Below are positions 11,222 to 24,521 of a stretch of 64,000 bases of DNA, piece after piece. Under the pieces are notes generated by a model. The model made no database searches, had not been told where the DNA came from, and saw only the letters and a list, made by a program, of their open reading frames with translations. The position numbers and the translations under genes are program-made. Source of the DNA: Escherichia coli (GTDB lineage: Bacteria > Pseudomonadota > Gammaproteobacteria > Enterobacterales > Enterobacteriaceae); the NCBI RefSeq assembly GCF_050320075.1, contig NZ_CP190018.1. One strand, written 5' to 3'. Numbering within the stretch: position 1 is the stretch's first letter; each line of letters opens with the position of its first letter.

Positions 11222-11791
11222 TCAATAAAAATCATTATTAAAATGATCGGGTGAAAAAAAGAGAATTTGCCAACAATCTGAAGGAATGGAGGTTTTATTA
11301 AAGTACGTAGGGGGGGTTAAGATGGCTTCTTTTCGGGTGAATTTTGCACAATACTTAGAAATCGTCTCCTTAATACACTCCAGCTCTTTTTTATTGACGG
11401 CTGAGCAAGTACATTGTTCGCCAAAAGGTGCAAAAGTGCCTACATCTAATGTTTGTATGATATAATCGTCATGTTCTCCTGTAGAAATATCTATGATGAA
11501 TGGACTCATATTTTCCGGTTGGATTCGGATCATGACAGAAGGAACATCGCCTTGATAGAAATTCAATGCAGTAATTGCAGATAATACTCTCCGCAGTTCA
11601 TTACTTATACTGTATATTTTATTAACGTCATTGGTGGAGACAATTTCTGCAAACTTTCTTTTTACCGTCCAATAATCAATATTTCTGTTGTGATTGTTAA
11701 CCACTGCGTGCATTGGCGGGATTGAAGGGTGAAAAATATGTGCAATTGGGAAGCCTTTCATTGATGCCTGCCTTGTCATCATGACAAACAA
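11222..11791 (-). CDS. yhaB: Uncharacterised protein YhaB
   Basis: 189-codon ORF (true start may be a few codons in); AT-rich; position next to yhaC. Confidence 0.75.
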   Translation of the reverse strand: MFVMMTRQASMKGFPIAHIFHPSIPPMHAVVNNHNRNIDYWTVKRKFAEIVSTNDVNKIYSISNELRRVLSAITALNFYQGDVPSVMIRIQPENMSPFIIDISTGEHDDYIIQTLDVGTFAPFGEQCTCSAVNKKELECIKETISKYCAKFTRKEAILTPPTYFNKTSIPSDCWQILFFSPDHFNNDFY

Positions 11792-12016
11792 TAATAGATG
11801 CTTATTTTCCTCGCAGGGTTCTTTCGCACTATCAAAAAACGCTCATTTACCCGGCGTTACAGTAAACGAAGCAACATTCTGTGGCCTACGCCGATCAAAA
11901 GCTCTGTGAAAATTTCCCTTGTTGTCTTTGTCTGACCTTATCGCGGCGACCAGCAATTATTCGTTTTGTGATCCTCAACACAAAATGCTATTCGTCGCCT
12001 ATGAGGGGAGAGGAAT

Positions 12017-12235
12017 TTATGGAAAACGATTGCATTCACAAAATGACATCCTGTCAGAAGAGAAAAAGTTGACGTTAATCAATTGTTCGAGATGATCAAT
12101 ACCTGTATTCGAAATTTTAAAATATTGATAAAATAAATGTTTGTTCTTCAACAAATAACGTGAAAAAATGTGACGTGCCGCATTATTTATCGCTGAAAAT
12201 GGTTTATTTATAATAAAATTTGAGAACTTGCTCAT
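12017..12235 (-). CDS. tdcR: Threonine dehydratase operon activator TdcR
   Basis: 72 aa from ATG 12235 (MSKFSNFIINKPFSAINNAARHIFSRYLLKNK...); in-frame upstream extension to 12373 exists; divergent from tdcA. Confidence 0.7.
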   Translation of the reverse strand: MSKFSNFIINKPFSAINNAARHIFSRYLLKNKHLFYQYFKISNTGIDHLEQLINVNFFSSDRMSFCECNRFP

Positions 12236-12470
12236 TAAATTTAACTCAAATTTTGCCTGGTAATTATCCGGTAATTGCTTGAAATATGGTCTCAGCCCCT
12301 TTTTTGTATTAACCACATAACGAATGATGTTATCGCCATAAAATATGGTTATCCCCGTCATTTTTTTTGACAAAAATCAGGGTTTATGCTGATTTTTATA
12401 CTTTAACTTATTGATATGTAAAGATATTTAATTGGAATAACGATACCATGGAAAGTATTGAAAGTTAATT

Positions 12471-12486
12471 TGTGAGTGGTCGCACA
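12471..12486. promoter_or_regulatory. Candidate CRP site in the tdc promoter (TGTGAGTGGTCGCACA)
   Basis: Matches TGTGA-N6-TCACA at 9 of 10 half-site positions, about 65-80 bp upstream of the tdcA ATG; the tdc operon is known to be CRP-dependent. Confidence 0.55.
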
Positions 12487-12549
12487 TATCCTGTTCATTT
12501 CATTTTGATACACTTCATGCCGTCACTGAGGTAATTAACGTAGGTCGTT

Positions 12550-13488
12550 ATGAGCACTATTCTTCTTCCGAAAACGCAGCACCTGGTAGTCTTTCAGGAA
12601 GTCATTAGAAGTGGCTCTATCGGCTCGGCTGCAAAAGAATTAGGGTTAACTCAACCGGCCGTCAGTAAAATCATTAACGATATTGAAGATTATTTTGGCG
12701 TGGAATTAGTGGTGCGGAAAAATACCGGTGTAACACTAACACCTGCCGGTCAATTGTTACTCTCCCGTTCTGAATCCATTACCCGTGAAATGAAAAATAT
12801 GGTTAATGAGATAAGCGGTATGTCTTCTGAGGCGGTGGTGGAAGTCTCATTTGGTTTTCCTTCATTGATTGGTTTTACTTTTATGTCCGGGATGATCAAC
12901 AAGTTCAAAGAGGTGTTCCCGAAAGCGCAGGTTTCTATGTATGAAGCGCAACTGTCTTCGTTCTTACCGGCAATCCGCGACGGTCGACTGGATTTTGCGA
13001 TTGGTACGTTAAGCGCAGAAATGAAGCTTCAGGATTTACATGTTGAGCCGCTGTTCGAGTCCGAGTTTGTGCTGGTAGCCAGTAAGTCCCGAACATGCAC
13101 CGGCACCACCACGCTGGAGTCGTTGAAGAACGAACAGTGGGTGTTGCCACAAACCAATATGGGGTACTACAGCGAGCTACTTACTACGTTACAAAGAAAT
13201 GGCATCAGTATTGAAAACATCGTTAAAACCGACTCAGTCGTGACAATTTATAATCTTGTTCTCAATGCTGATTTCTTAACTGTAATTCCTTGTGATATGA
13301 CATCACCTTTTGGTTCAAATCAATTTATTACTATTCCGGTTGAAGAAACATTACCTGTGGCACAATATGCCGCGGTATGGTCGAAAAATTATCGTATTAA
13401 AAAAGCAGCATCGGTTTTGGTGGAATTAGCCAAAGAGTATTCATCTTATAATGGGTGTAGACGAAGGCAATTAATTGAAGTTGGTTAG
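12550..13488 (+). CDS. tdcA: LysR-type transcriptional activator of the tdc operon
   Basis: 312-aa ORF with N-terminal HTH (LTQPAVSKIINDIEDYFG). Confidence 0.92.
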   Translation: MSTILLPKTQHLVVFQEVIRSGSIGSAAKELGLTQPAVSKIINDIEDYFGVELVVRKNTGVTLTPAGQLLLSRSESITREMKNMVNEISGMSSEAVVEVSFGFPSLIGFTFMSGMINKFKEVFPKAQVSMYEAQLSSFLPAIRDGRLDFAIGTLSAEMKLQDLHVEPLFESEFVLVASKSRTCTGTTTLESLKNEQWVLPQTNMGYYSELLTTLQRNGISIENIVKTDSVVTIYNLVLNADFLTVIPCDMTSPFGSNQFITIPVEETLPVAQYAAVWSKNYRIKKAASVLVELAKEYSSYNGCRRRQLIEVG

Positions 13489-13586
13489 TTATTTGTTTTT
13501 ATTTAAACATAAATAATCCACCTGTCTGTTTTGCAGGTGTCGGTTACGGTTACCTACATATTTAATTCAGGCTAAGAGGTTTTATA

Positions 13587-14576
13587 ATGCATATTACATA
13601 CGATCTCCCGGTTGCTATTGATGACATCATTGAAGCGAAACAACGACTGGCTGGGCGAATTTATAAAACAGGCATGCCTCGCTCCAACTATTTTAGTGAA
13701 CGTTGCAAAGGTGAAATATTCCTCAAATTCGAAAACATGCAGCGTACCGGTTCATTTAAAATTCGTGGCGCATTTAATAAATTAAGTTCACTGACCGATG
13801 CGGAAAAACGTAAAGGTGTAGTGGCCTGCTCTGCGGGCAACCATGCGCAAGGGGTTTCCCTCTCCTGCGCGATGCTGGGTATCGACGGTAAAGTGGTGAT
13901 GCCAAAAGGCGCGCCGAAATCCAAAGTAGCGGCAACGTGCGACTACTCTGCAGAAGTCGTTCTGCATGGTGATAACTTCAACGACACTATCGCTAAAGTG
14001 AGCGAAATTGTCGAAATGGAAGGCCGTATTTTTATCCCACCTTATGATGATCCGAAAGTGATTGCTGGCCAGGGAACGATTGGCCTGGAAATTATGGAAG
14101 ATCTCTATGATGTCGATAATGTGATTGTGCCAATTGGTGGTGGCGGTTTAATTGCTGGTATTGCGGTGGCAATAAAATCTATTAACCCGACCATTCGTGT
14201 TATTGGCGTACAGTCAGAAAACGTTCACGGCATGGCGGCTTCTTTCCACTCCGGAGAAATAACCACGCACCGAACTACCGGCACCCTGGCGGATGGTTGT
14301 GATGTCTCCCGCCCGGGTAATTTAACTTACGAAATCGTTCGTGAATTAGTCGATGACATCGTGCTGGTCAGCGAAGACGAAATCAGAAACAGTATGATTG
14401 CCTTAATTCAGCGCAATAAAGTCGTCACCGAAGGCGCAGGCGCTCTGGCATGTGCTGCATTATTAAGCGGTAAATTAGACCAATATATTCAAAACAGAAA
14501 AACCGTCAGTATTATTTCCGGCGGCAATATCGATCTTTCTCGCGTCTCTCAAATCACCGGTTTCGTTGACGCTTAA
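13587..14576 (+). CDS. tdcB: Catabolic threonine dehydratase (PLP-dependent)
   Basis: 329-aa ORF with PLP lysine motif SFKIRGA. Confidence 0.93.
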
Positions 14577-14594
14577 TTAATTCGTTGAGGATAG

Positions 14595-15929
<1,335 letters not shown>

Positions 15930-15954
15930 TCCGTAACTCAGGATGAGAAAAGAG

Positions 15955-17163
15955 ATGAATGAATTTCCGGTTGTTTTGGTTATTAACTGTGGTTCGTCTT
16001 CGATTAAGTTTTCCGTACTCGACGCCAGCGACTGTGAAGTATTAATGTCAGGTATTGCCGACGGTATTAACTCGGAAAATGCATTCTTATCCGTAAATGG
16101 GGGAGAGCCAGCACCGCTGGCTCACCACAGCTACGAAGGTGCATTGAAGGCAATTGCATTTGAACTGGAAAAACGGAATTTAAATGACAGTGTGGCCTTA
16201 ATTGGCCACCGCATCGCTCACGGCGGCAGTATTTTTACCGAGTCCGCCATTATTACCGATGAAGTCATTGATAATATCCGTCGCGTTTCTCCACTGGCAC
16301 CCCTGCATAATTACGCCAATTTAAGTGGTATTGAATCGGCGCAGCAATTATTTCCTGGCGTAACTCAGGTGGCGGTATTTGATACCAGTTTCCACCAGAC
16401 GATGGCTCCGGAAGCTTATTTATACGGCCTGCCGTGGAAATATTATGAAGAGTTAGGTGTACGCCGTTATGGTTTCCACGGCACGTCGCACCGCTATGTT
16501 TCCCAGCGCGCGCATTCTTTGCTGAATCTGGCGGAAGATGACTCCGGCCTGGTTGTGGCGCATCTTGGCAATGGCGCGTCAATCTGCGCAGTTTGCAACG
16601 GTCAGAGTGTTGACACTTCAATGGGAATGACGCCGCTGGAAGGCTTGATGATGGGTACCCGCAGTGGTGATGTCGACTTTGGTGCGATGTCCTGGGTCGC
16701 CAGCCAAACCAACCAGAGCCTGGGTGACCTGGAACGCGTAGTGAATAAAGAGTCGGGATTATTAGGTATTTCCGGTCTTTCTTCGGATTTACGTGTTCTG
16801 GAAAAAGCCTGGCATGAAGGTCACGAACGCGCGCAACTGGCAATTAAAACCTTTGTTCACCGAATTGCCCGTCATATTGCCGGACACGCAGCCTCATTAC
16901 GTCGCCTGGATGGAATTATATTCACCGGCGGAATAGGAGAAAATTCAAGTTTAATTCGTCGTCTGGTCATGGAACATTTGGCTGTATTAGGCGTAGAGAT
17001 TGATACAGAAATGAATAATCGCTCTAACTCCTGTGGAGAGCGAATTGTTTCCAGTGAAAATGCCCGTGTCATTTGCGCCGTTATCCCAACCAACGAAGAA
17101 AAAATGATTGCTTTGGATGCCATTCATTTAGGCAAAGTGAACGCGTCCGCAGAATTTGCATAA
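15955..17163 (+). CDS. tdcD: Propionate kinase / acetate kinase homolog
   Basis: 402 aa from ATG 15955 ([23 protein letters not shown]...), acetate-kinase family. Confidence 0.92.
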   Translation: MNEFPVVLVINCGSSSIKFSVLDASDCEVLMSGIADGINSENAFLSVNGGEPAPLAHHSYEGALKAIAFELEKRNLNDSVALIGHRIAHGGSIFTESAIITDEVIDNIRRVSPLAPLHNYANLSGIESAQQLFPGVTQVAVFDTSFHQTMAPEAYLYGLPWKYYEELGVRRYGFHGTSHRYVSQRAHSLLNLAEDDSGLVVAHLGNGASICAVCNGQSVDTSMGMTPLEGLMMGTRSGDVDFGAMSWVASQTNQSLGDLERVVNKESGLLGISGLSSDLRVLEKAWHEGHERAQLAIKTFVHRIARHIAGHAASLRRLDGIIFTGGIGENSSLIRRLVMEHLAVLGVEIDTEMNNRSNSCGERIVSSENARVICAVIPTNEEKMIALDAIHLGKVNASAEFA

Positions 17164-17196
17164 TTTAGTTGAAGTATTGTAGAGAGATTATTTTTC

Positions 17197-19491
17197 ATGA
17201 AGGTAGATATTGATACCAGCGATAAGCTGTACGCCGACGCATGGCTTGGCTTTAAAGGTACGGACTGGAAAAACGAAATTAATGTCCGCGATTTTATTCA
17301 ACATAACTATACACCGTATGAAGGCGATGAATCTTTCCTCGCTGAAGCGACGCCAGCCACCACGGAATTGTGGGAAAAGGTGATGGAAGGCATTCGTATT
17401 GAAAACGCAACCCACGCGCCGGTTGATTTCGATACCAATATTGCCACCACCATTACCGCTCATGATGCGGGATATATTAACCAGCCGCTGGAAAAAATTG
17501 TTGGCCTGCAAACGGATGCGCCGTTGAAACGTGCGTTACACCCGTTCGGTGGCATTAATATGATTAAAAGTTCATTCCACGCCTATGGTCGTGAAATGGA
17601 CAGTGAATTTGAATATCTGTTTACCGATCTGCGTAAAACCCATAACCAGGGCGTATTTGATGTTTACTCACCGGATATGCTGTGCTGCCGTAAATCTGGC
17701 GTGCTGACCGGTTTACCAGATGGCTATGGTCGTGGGCGCATTATCGGTGACTATCGCCGCGTAGCGCTGTATGGCATCAGTTATCTGGTGCGTGAACGCG
17801 AACTGCAATTTGCCGATCTCCAGTCTCGTCTGGAAAAAGGCGAGGATCTGGAAGCCACCATCCGTCTGCGTGAGGAGCTGGCAGAGCATCGTCATGCGCT
17901 GTTGCAGATTCAGGAAATGGCGGCGAAATATGGCTTTGATATCTCTCGCCCGGCGCAGAATGCGCAGGAAGCGGTGCAGTGGCTCTACTTCGCTTACCTG
18001 GCGGCAGTGAAATCACAGAACGGCGGCGCGATGTCGCTGGGTCGCACGGCATCGTTCCTCGATATCTACATTGAGCGCGACTTTAAAGCTGGCGTACTCA
18101 ATGAGCAGCAGGCACAGGAACTGATCGACCACTTCATTATGAAGATCCGTATGGTGCGCTTCTTGCGTACACCGGAATTTGATTCGCTGTTCTCCGGCGA
18201 CCCAATCTGGGCGACGGAAGTGATCGGCGGGATGGGGCTGGACGGTCGTACGCTGGTGACCAAAAACTCCTTCCGCTATTTGCACACCCTGCACACTATG
18301 GGGCCTGCACCGGAACCTAACCTGACCATTCTTTGGTCGGAAGAATTACCGATTGCCTTCAAAAAATATGCCGCGCAGGTGTCGATCGTCACCTCTTCCT
18401 TGCAGTATGAAAACGACGATCTGATGCGTACTGACTTCAACAGCGACGATTACGCGATTGCCTGCTGCGTCAGCCCAATGGTGATTGGTAAGCAAATGCA
18501 GTTCTTTGGTGCACGCGCTAACCTGGCGAAAACACTGCTGTACGCAATTAACGGCGGGGTGGACGAGAAGCTGAAGATTCAGGTCGGGCCGAAAACAGCA
18601 CCGTTGATGGACGACGTGCTGGATTACGACAAAGTGATGGACAGTCTCGATCACTTCATGGACTGGCTGGCGGTGCAGTACATCAGTGCGCTGAATATCA
18701 TTCACTACATGCACGACAAGTACAGCTACGAAGCTTCGCTGATGGCGCTGCACGATCGTGATGTCTATCGCACTATGGCATGCGGCATCGCGGGCCTGTC
18801 GGTGGCGACGGACTCCCTGTCTGCCATCAAATATGCCCGCGTGAAACCAATCCGTGACGAAAACGGCCTGGCGGTGGACTTTGAAATCGACGGCGAATAT
18901 CCGCAGTACGGTAACAACGACGAGCGCGTAGACAGCATTGCCTGCGATCTGGTTGAACGCTTTATGAAGAAAATTAAAGCGCTGCCAACCTATCGCAACG
19001 CCGTCCCTACCCAGTCGATTCTGACTATCACTTCTAACGTGGTGTACGGCCAGAAAACCGGTAATACGCCGGACGGTCGTCGCGCCGGAACACCGTTCGC
19101 GCCGGGCGCTAACCCGATGCATGGTCGTGATCGCAAAGGTGCCGTGGCCTCATTGACGTCGGTGGCGAAACTGCCGTTCACCTACGCCAAAGACGGGATC
19201 TCGTACACCTTCTCGATTGTGCCTGCGGCGCTGGGCAAAGAAGATCCAGTACGTAAAACCAACCTTGTCGGCCTGCTGGATGGGTATTTCCACCACGAAG
19301 CGGATGTCGAAGGCGGTCAACACCTCAACGTCAACGTAATGAATCGGGAAATGCTGCTGGATGCCATCGAGCACCCGGAAAAATATCCTAACCTGACAAT
19401 CCGTGTCTCTGGCTACGCCGTGCGCTTCAACGCACTGACCCGTGAACAGCAACAGGATGTTATTTCACGTACTTTTACCCAGGCGCTCTGA
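17197..19491 (+). CDS. tdcE: 2-ketobutyrate formate-lyase / pyruvate formate-lyase 4 (glycyl radical enzyme)
   Basis: 764-aa ORF with C-terminal glycyl-radical motif RVSGYAV. Confidence 0.93.
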   Translation: MKVDIDTSDKLYADAWLGFKGTDWKNEINVRDFIQHNYTPYEGDESFLAEATPATTELWEKVMEGIRIENATHAPVDFDTNIATTITAHDAGYINQPLEKIVGLQTDAPLKRALHPFGGINMIKSSFHAYGREMDSEFEYLFTDLRKTHNQGVFDVYSPDMLCCRKSGVLTGLPDGYGRGRIIGDYRRVALYGISYLVRERELQFADLQSRLEKGEDLEATIRLREELAEHRHALLQIQEMAAKYGFDISRPAQNAQEAVQWLYFAYLAAVKSQNGGAMSLGRTASFLDIYIERDFKAGVLNEQQAQELIDHFIMKIRMVRFLRTPEFDSLFSGDPIWATEVIGGMGLDGRTLVTKNSFRYLHTLHTMGPAPEPNLTILWSEELPIAFKKYAAQVSIVTSSLQYENDDLMRTDFNSDDYAIACCVSPMVIGKQMQFFGARANLAKTLLYAINGGVDEKLKIQVGPKTAPLMDDVLDYDKVMDSLDHFMDWLAVQYISALNIIHYMHDKYSYEASLMALHDRDVYRTMACGIAGLSVATDSLSAIKYARVKPIRDENGLAVDFEIDGEYPQYGNNDERVDSIACDLVERFMKKIKALPTYRNAVPTQSILTITSNVVYGQKTGNTPDGRRAGTPFAPGANPMHGRDRKGAVASLTSVAKLPFTYAKDGISYTFSIVPAALGKEDPVRKTNLVGLLDGYFHHEADVEGGQHLNVNVMNREMLLDAIEHPEKYPNLTIRVSGYAVRFNALTREQQQDVISRTFTQAL

Positions 19492-19504
19492 CGCCGGAGG
19501 ATGT

Positions 19505-19894
19505 ATGAAAAAGATTATCGAAACGCAACGTGCCCCAGGCGCAATCGGCCCTTATGTTCAGGGCGTTGATTTAGGCAGCATGGTCTTCACCTCCGGGCAA
19601 ATTCCGGTTTGCCCACAAACCGGTGAGATCCCGGCTGATGTGCAAGATCAGGCGCGTTTAAGCCTCGAAAACGTCAAAGCGATCGTGGTTGCTGCCGGGC
19701 TGAGCGTGGGCGATATCATCAAGATGACCGTGTTCATCACCGATCTGAATGATTTTGCCACCATCAACGAAGTCTATAAGCAGTTCTTCGATGAGCATCA
19801 GGCGACCTATCCGACCCGGAGCTGTGTACAGGTCGCGCGTTTGCCGAAAGATGTGAAGCTGGAAATTGAAGCCATCGCAGTACGTAGTGCGTAA
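19505..19894 (+). CDS. tdcF: RidA-family enamine/imine deaminase
   Basis: 129 aa from ATG 19505 (MKKIIETQRAPGAIGPYVQG...), YjgF/RidA family. Confidence 0.9.
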   Translation: MKKIIETQRAPGAIGPYVQGVDLGSMVFTSGQIPVCPQTGEIPADVQDQARLSLENVKAIVVAAGLSVGDIIKMTVFITDLNDFATINEVYKQFFDEHQATYPTRSCVQVARLPKDVKLEIEAIAVRSA

Positions 19895-19965
19895 AGCCTC
19901 GTGAGCGGGACGGTCGCAAGGTCGTTCCGCTCCACTTCACTGAACGGCAATCCGAGGGTGTGGAT

Positions 19966-21330
19966 ATGATTAGTGCATTCGATATTTTCAAAATTGGGAT
20001 TGGTCCCTCCAGTTCGCATACCGTGGGGCCAATGAATGCCGGAAAAAGTTTTATTGATCGGCTGGAAAGTAGCGGCTTATTAACCGCGACGAGCCATATT
20101 GTGGTCGATCTGTACGGGTCGTTGTCACTGACGGGCAAAGGCCATGCCACGGATGTCGCCATTATCATGGGACTGGCAGGAAACAGTCCGCAGGATGTTG
20201 TCATTGATGAGATCCCTGCATTTATAGAGTTAGTAACGCGCAGCGGGCGGCTGCCAGTGGCATCTGGTGCGCATATTGTTGATTTTCCTGTAGCAAAGAA
20301 CATTATCTTCCATCCCGAAATGTTGCCTCGCCATGAGAACGGAATGCGGATCACTGCCTGGAAGGGACAGGAAGCGCTATTAAGTAAAACCTATTACTCT
20401 GTCGGCGGCGGGTTTATTGTCGAAGAAGAACACTTCGGCCTGTCGCACGATGTCGAAACGTCCGTACCTTACGATTTCCACTCAGCAGGTGAACTGCTGA
20501 AAATGTGTGATTACAACGGCCTGTCTATATCTGGTCTGATGATGCACAACGAGCTGGCGCTGCGTAGCAAAGCGGAAATTGACGCCGGTTTTGCCCGTAT
20601 CTGGCAAGTGATGCATGACGGTATTGAACGCGGGATGAACACTGAAGGCGTGCTGCCTGGTCCGCTCAATGTGCCGCGTCGTGCCGTAGCGCTGCGTCGT
20701 CAGCTGGTTTCCAGCGATAACATCTCTAACGATCCGATGAATGTCATCGACTGGATCAATATGTACGCGCTGGCGGTTAGTGAAGAAAACGCAGCTGGCG
20801 GGCGCGTGGTAACGGCACCGACTAACGGTGCGTGCGGCATTATTCCGGCAGTGCTGGCTTATTACGATAAGTTCCGTCGTCCGGTAAACGAGCGGTCAAT
20901 TGCCCGCTATTTTCTGGCCGCGGGGGCTATTGGCGCGCTGTATAAAATGAACGCCTCCATCTCCGGCGCGGAAGTCGGCTGTCAGGGGGAAATTGGCGTG
21001 GCCTGTTCAATGGCGGCGGCAGGGTTAACTGAACTCCTGGGCGGCAGTCCGGCGCAGGTATGCAATGCGGCGGAAATCGCGATGGAGCATAACCTTGGGC
21101 TGACCTGCGATCCGGTTGCCGGACAGGTACAAATCCCGTGCATTGAACGTAATGCCATTAATGCCGTGAAAGCAGTAAACGCCGCGCGGATGGCGATGCG
21201 CCGCACCTCGGCACCGCGTGTTTCACTCGATAAAGTGATCGAGACGATGTATGAAACCGGCAAAGATATGAACGATAAATACCGCGAAACATCACGCGGA
21301 GGACTGGCCATTAAAGTGGTCTGCGGCTGA
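19966..21330 (+). CDS. tdcG: L-serine dehydratase (iron-sulfur)
   Basis: 454 aa from ATG 19966 ([23 protein letters not shown]...). Confidence 0.9.
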   Translation: MISAFDIFKIGIGPSSSHTVGPMNAGKSFIDRLESSGLLTATSHIVVDLYGSLSLTGKGHATDVAIIMGLAGNSPQDVVIDEIPAFIELVTRSGRLPVASGAHIVDFPVAKNIIFHPEMLPRHENGMRITAWKGQEALLSKTYYSVGGGFIVEEEHFGLSHDVETSVPYDFHSAGELLKMCDYNGLSISGLMMHNELALRSKAEIDAGFARIWQVMHDGIERGMNTEGVLPGPLNVPRRAVALRRQLVSSDNISNDPMNVIDWINMYALAVSEENAAGGRVVTAPTNGACGIIPAVLAYYDKFRRPVNERSIARYFLAAGAIGALYKMNASISGAEVGCQGEIGVACSMAAAGLTELLGGSPAQVCNAAEIAMEHNLGLTCDPVAGQVQIPCIERNAINAVKAVNAARMAMRRTSAPRVSLDKVIETMYETGKDMNDKYRETSRGGLAIKVVCG

Positions 21331-21353
21331 CATTGCTGTCAGCTTTCATCCTT

Positions 21354-21381
21354 GGGTGCACAAATGTGCACCTTTTTTTTT
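21354..21381 (+). terminator. Rho-independent terminator after tdcG
   Basis: GGGTGCACAAATGTGCACC followed by a 9-T run. Confidence 0.8.
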
Positions 21382-21605
21382 GTGATCTGCCGCAAATAGA
21401 GAATGAATATTCTCTTGTGATTAATTTAGTAGAAAATTCTTATCCATCTCCGTTATTTCAAAGTCTTGATTGTGAAGATTTTCTCTGACCTCGCGCGTAT
21501 CATTTCTTTATTCTAATAACTCGCCTGCAAAAACGTAGACCGCATATCGCCTTGATGCGGCTCGGAAAAAAATAATAAGCCCTACAAAATATTGAGCGAG
21601 AAATT

Positions 21606-22937
21606 ATGGAAATTGTATCGAATAAAGGCGTCATTGCAGACGCTTCGACCCCGGCGGGTCGTGCTGGAATGAGTGAGAGCGAGTGGCGAGAAGCGATCAA
21701 ATTCGACAGTACTGACACCGGCTGGGTGATTATGAGTATCGGGATGGCGATTGGCGCGGGGATTGTTTTTCTCCCGGTGCAGGTCGGTTTGATGGGATTG
21801 TGGGTATTTTTGCTCTCATCGGTGATTGGTTACCCGGCAATGTATCTGTTTCAGCGGTTGTTTATTAATACGCTGGCAGAATCACCAGAATGTAAAGATT
21901 ACCCGAGCGTCATTAGCGGTTATTTAGGTAAAAACTGGGGCATCCTGTTAGGTGCACTCTATTTCGTAATGCTGGTGATTTGGATGTTCGTCTATTCCAC
22001 CGCCATCACCAACGATAGTGCTTCCTACCTGCATACCTTCGGCGTGACGGAAGGGTTGCTGTCAGACAGTCCCTTTTATGGTCTGGTACTGATTTGCATT
22101 CTGGTGGCGATCTCCTCACGCGGCGAGAAATTGTTATTCAAAATTTCGACGGGGATGGTGCTGACCAAGCTGCTGGTGGTCGCGGCGCTGGGCGTGTCGA
22201 TGGTGGGAATGTGGCATCTGTATAACGTCGGTTCGCTACCGCCGCTGGGGCTGCTGGTGAAAAACGCCATTATTACGCTGCCGTTTACCCTGACGTCGAT
22301 TCTGTTTATCCAGACGTTAAGCCCGATGGTGATTTCTTATCGCTCGCGGGAAAAATCGATTGAAGTAGCGCGGCATAAAGCATTGCGGGCAATGAATATC
22401 GCGTTTGGCATTTTGTTTGTCACCGTCTTTTTCTACGCCGTGTCGTTCACGCTGGCGATGGGACATGACGAAGCGGTAAAAGCCTACGAGCAGAATATTT
22501 CCGCGCTGGCGATTGCCGCACAGTTTATTAGCGGTGACGGCGCAGCGTGGGTGAAAGTGGTCAGCGTCATTCTCAATATCTTTGCTGTAATGACTGCATT
22601 CTTTGGCGTCTATTTAGGCTTTCGCGAAGCAACGCAAGGGATCGTAATGAACATCCTGCGTCGCAAGATACCTGCCGAGAAGATTAACGAAAATCTCGTT
22701 CAGCGCGGCATCATGATTTTCGCCATTTTGCTGGCCTGGAGCGCCATCGTACTGAACGCCCCGGTGTTGAGCTTCACCTCTATCTGTAGCCCGATTTTCG
22801 GCATGGTAGGGTGCCTGATCCCGGCGTGGCTGGTTTACAAAGTACCGGCATTGCACAAATACAAAGGGATGTCTCTGTACCTGATTATCGTCACTGGTTT
22901 GTTGCTTTGTGTTTCTCCGTTCCTGGCATTTTCTTGA
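21606..22937 (+). CDS. yhaO: Putative L-cysteine/serine transporter
   Basis: 443-aa polytopic membrane ORF; paired with yhaM (cyuPA). Confidence 0.88.
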   Translation: MEIVSNKGVIADASTPAGRAGMSESEWREAIKFDSTDTGWVIMSIGMAIGAGIVFLPVQVGLMGLWVFLLSSVIGYPAMYLFQRLFINTLAESPECKDYPSVISGYLGKNWGILLGALYFVMLVIWMFVYSTAITNDSASYLHTFGVTEGLLSDSPFYGLVLICILVAISSRGEKLLFKISTGMVLTKLLVVAALGVSMVGMWHLYNVGSLPPLGLLVKNAIITLPFTLTSILFIQTLSPMVISYRSREKSIEVARHKALRAMNIAFGILFVTVFFYAVSFTLAMGHDEAVKAYEQNISALAIAAQFISGDGAAWVKVVSVILNIFAVMTAFFGVYLGFREATQGIVMNILRRKIPAEKINENLVQRGIMIFAILLAWSAIVLNAPVLSFTSICSPIFGMVGCLIPAWLVYKVPALHKYKGMSLYLIIVTGLLLCVSPFLAFS

Positions 22938-22964
22938 TTTACCTGAAATTTTAAGGTTTTTAAT

Positions 22965-24275
22965 ATGTTTGATTCGACTTTAAATCCGTTATGGCAGCGT
23001 TACATCCTCGCCGTTCAGGAGGAGGTAAAACCGGCGCTGGGGTGTACTGAACCGATTTCACTGGCGCTGGCGGCGGCGGTTGCTGCGGCTGAACTGGAAG
23101 GTCCGGTTGAACGTGTAGAAGCCTGGGTTTCGCCAAATCTGATGAAGAACGGTCTGGGTGTCACCGTTCCCGGTACAGGAATGGTGGGGCTGCCGATTGC
23201 GGCGGCGCTTGGGGCGTTAGGTGGAAATGCTAACGCCGGGCTGGAAGTGCTGAAAGACGCAACTGCGCAGGCAATTGCCGATGCCAAAGCACTGCTGGCG
23301 GCGGGGAAAGTCTCAGTTAAGATCCAGGAACCTTGCGATGAAATCCTCTTCTCACGCGCCAAAGTCTGGAACGGTGAGAAGTGGGCGTGTGTCACCATCG
23401 TCGGCGGGCATACCAACATTGTGCATATTGAGACGCACAATGGTGTGGTGTTTACTCAGCAGGCGTGTGTGACAGAGGGCGAGCAAGAGTCGCCGCTGAC
23501 GGTGCTTTCCAGGACGACGCTGGCTGAGATCCTGAAGTTCGTCAATGAAGTCCCGTTTGCGGCGATCCGCTTTATTCTCGATTCTGCGAAGTTAAATTGC
23601 GCGTTATCACAGGAAGGTTTGAGCGGTAACTGGGGGCTGCATATTGGTGCGACGCTGGAAAAACAGTGCGCGCGCGGTTTGCTGGCGAAAGATCTCTCTT
23701 CATCCATTGTGATTCGTACCAGCGCGGCATCCGATGCGCGTATGGGCGGCGCTACGCTTCCGGCAATGAGTAACTCCGGCTCGGGTAACCAGGGGATCAC
23801 CGCAACAATGCCTGTGGTGGTGGTAGCAGAACACTTCGGAGCGGATGATGAACGGCTGGCGCGTGCGCTGATGCTTTCGCATTTGAGCGCGATTTACATC
23901 CATAACCAGTTACCGCGTTTGTCTGCGCTTTGTGCCGCAACGACCGCAGCAATGGGGGCCGCCGCCGGGATGGCATGGCTGGTGGATGGGCGTTATGAAA
24001 CCATTTCGATGGCGATCAGCAGTATGATCGGCGATGTCAGCGGCATGATTTGCGATGGAGCGTCGAACAGCTGCGCGATGAAGGTTTCGACCAGTGCTTC
24101 GGCTGCGTGGAAAGCGGTGTTAATGGCGCTGGATGATACCGCCGTGACCGGCAATGAAGGGATTGTGGCGCATGATGTTGAGCAGTCGATTGCCAACCTG
24201 TGTGCGTTAGCAAGCCATTCGATGCAGCAAACGGATCGGCAGATTATCGAGATTATGGCGAGCAAGGCCAGATAA
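22965..24275 (+). CDS. yhaM: L-cysteine desulfidase
   Basis: 436-aa [42 protein letters not shown]... Confidence 0.88.
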   Translation: MFDSTLNPLWQRYILAVQEEVKPALGCTEPISLALAAAVAAAELEGPVERVEAWVSPNLMKNGLGVTVPGTGMVGLPIAAALGALGGNANAGLEVLKDATAQAIADAKALLAAGKVSVKIQEPCDEILFSRAKVWNGEKWACVTIVGGHTNIVHIETHNGVVFTQQACVTEGEQESPLTVLSRTTLAEILKFVNEVPFAAIRFILDSAKLNCALSQEGLSGNWGLHIGATLEKQCARGLLAKDLSSSIVIRTSAASDARMGGATLPAMSNSGSGNQGITATMPVVVVAEHFGADDERLARALMLSHLSAIYIHNQLPRLSALCAATTAAMGAAAGMAWLVDGRYETISMAISSMIGDVSGMICDGASNSCAMKVSTSASAAWKAVLMALDDTAVTGNEGIVAHDVEQSIANLCALASHSMQQTDRQIIEIMASKAR

Positions 24276-24296
24276 TCGCCAGGTTTTGGGTATCGT

Positions 24297-24328
24297 GCCG
24301 GATAAGGCGTTTACGCCGCATCCGGCAC
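24297..24328. repeat. REP (repetitive extragenic palindrome)
   Basis: TGCCGGATAAGGCGTTTACGCCGCATCCGGCA. Confidence 0.8.
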
Positions 24329-24334
24329 CTGTCT

Positions 24335-24499
24335 TTACGCAGTAGCTTCATCCTCGGCTAAACGCGTTTCAGCATCCGCGACGATGGCTTCCAGCTCGCT
24401 CAACATCTCTTCATAGCCAAAATTATTGGCGGTGCGAGCAGGTTCTTTCGCCACCACGGGCTTCACTGGCTGACGCTTTTTGGCCGATTTTTTACTCAT
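24335..24499 (-). CDS. yhaL: Small protein YhaL (54 aa)
   Basis: Not in the ORF track (<60 aa); minus-strand translation MSKKSAKKRQPVKPVVAKEPARTANNFGYEEMLSELEAIVADAETRLAEDEATA. Confidence 0.75.
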   Translation of the reverse strand: MSKKSAKKRQPVKPVVAKEPARTANNFGYEEMLSELEAIVADAETRLAEDEATA

Positions 24500-24521
24500 C
24501 ATCATCTCCCTGTTAAAACAA

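Noticed and set aside
12236-12373. Longer 118-aa form of tdcR starting at 12373
   Set aside because: The 72-aa form from ATG 12235 matches the TdcR sequence I recall; the upstream extension is possible but not adopted.
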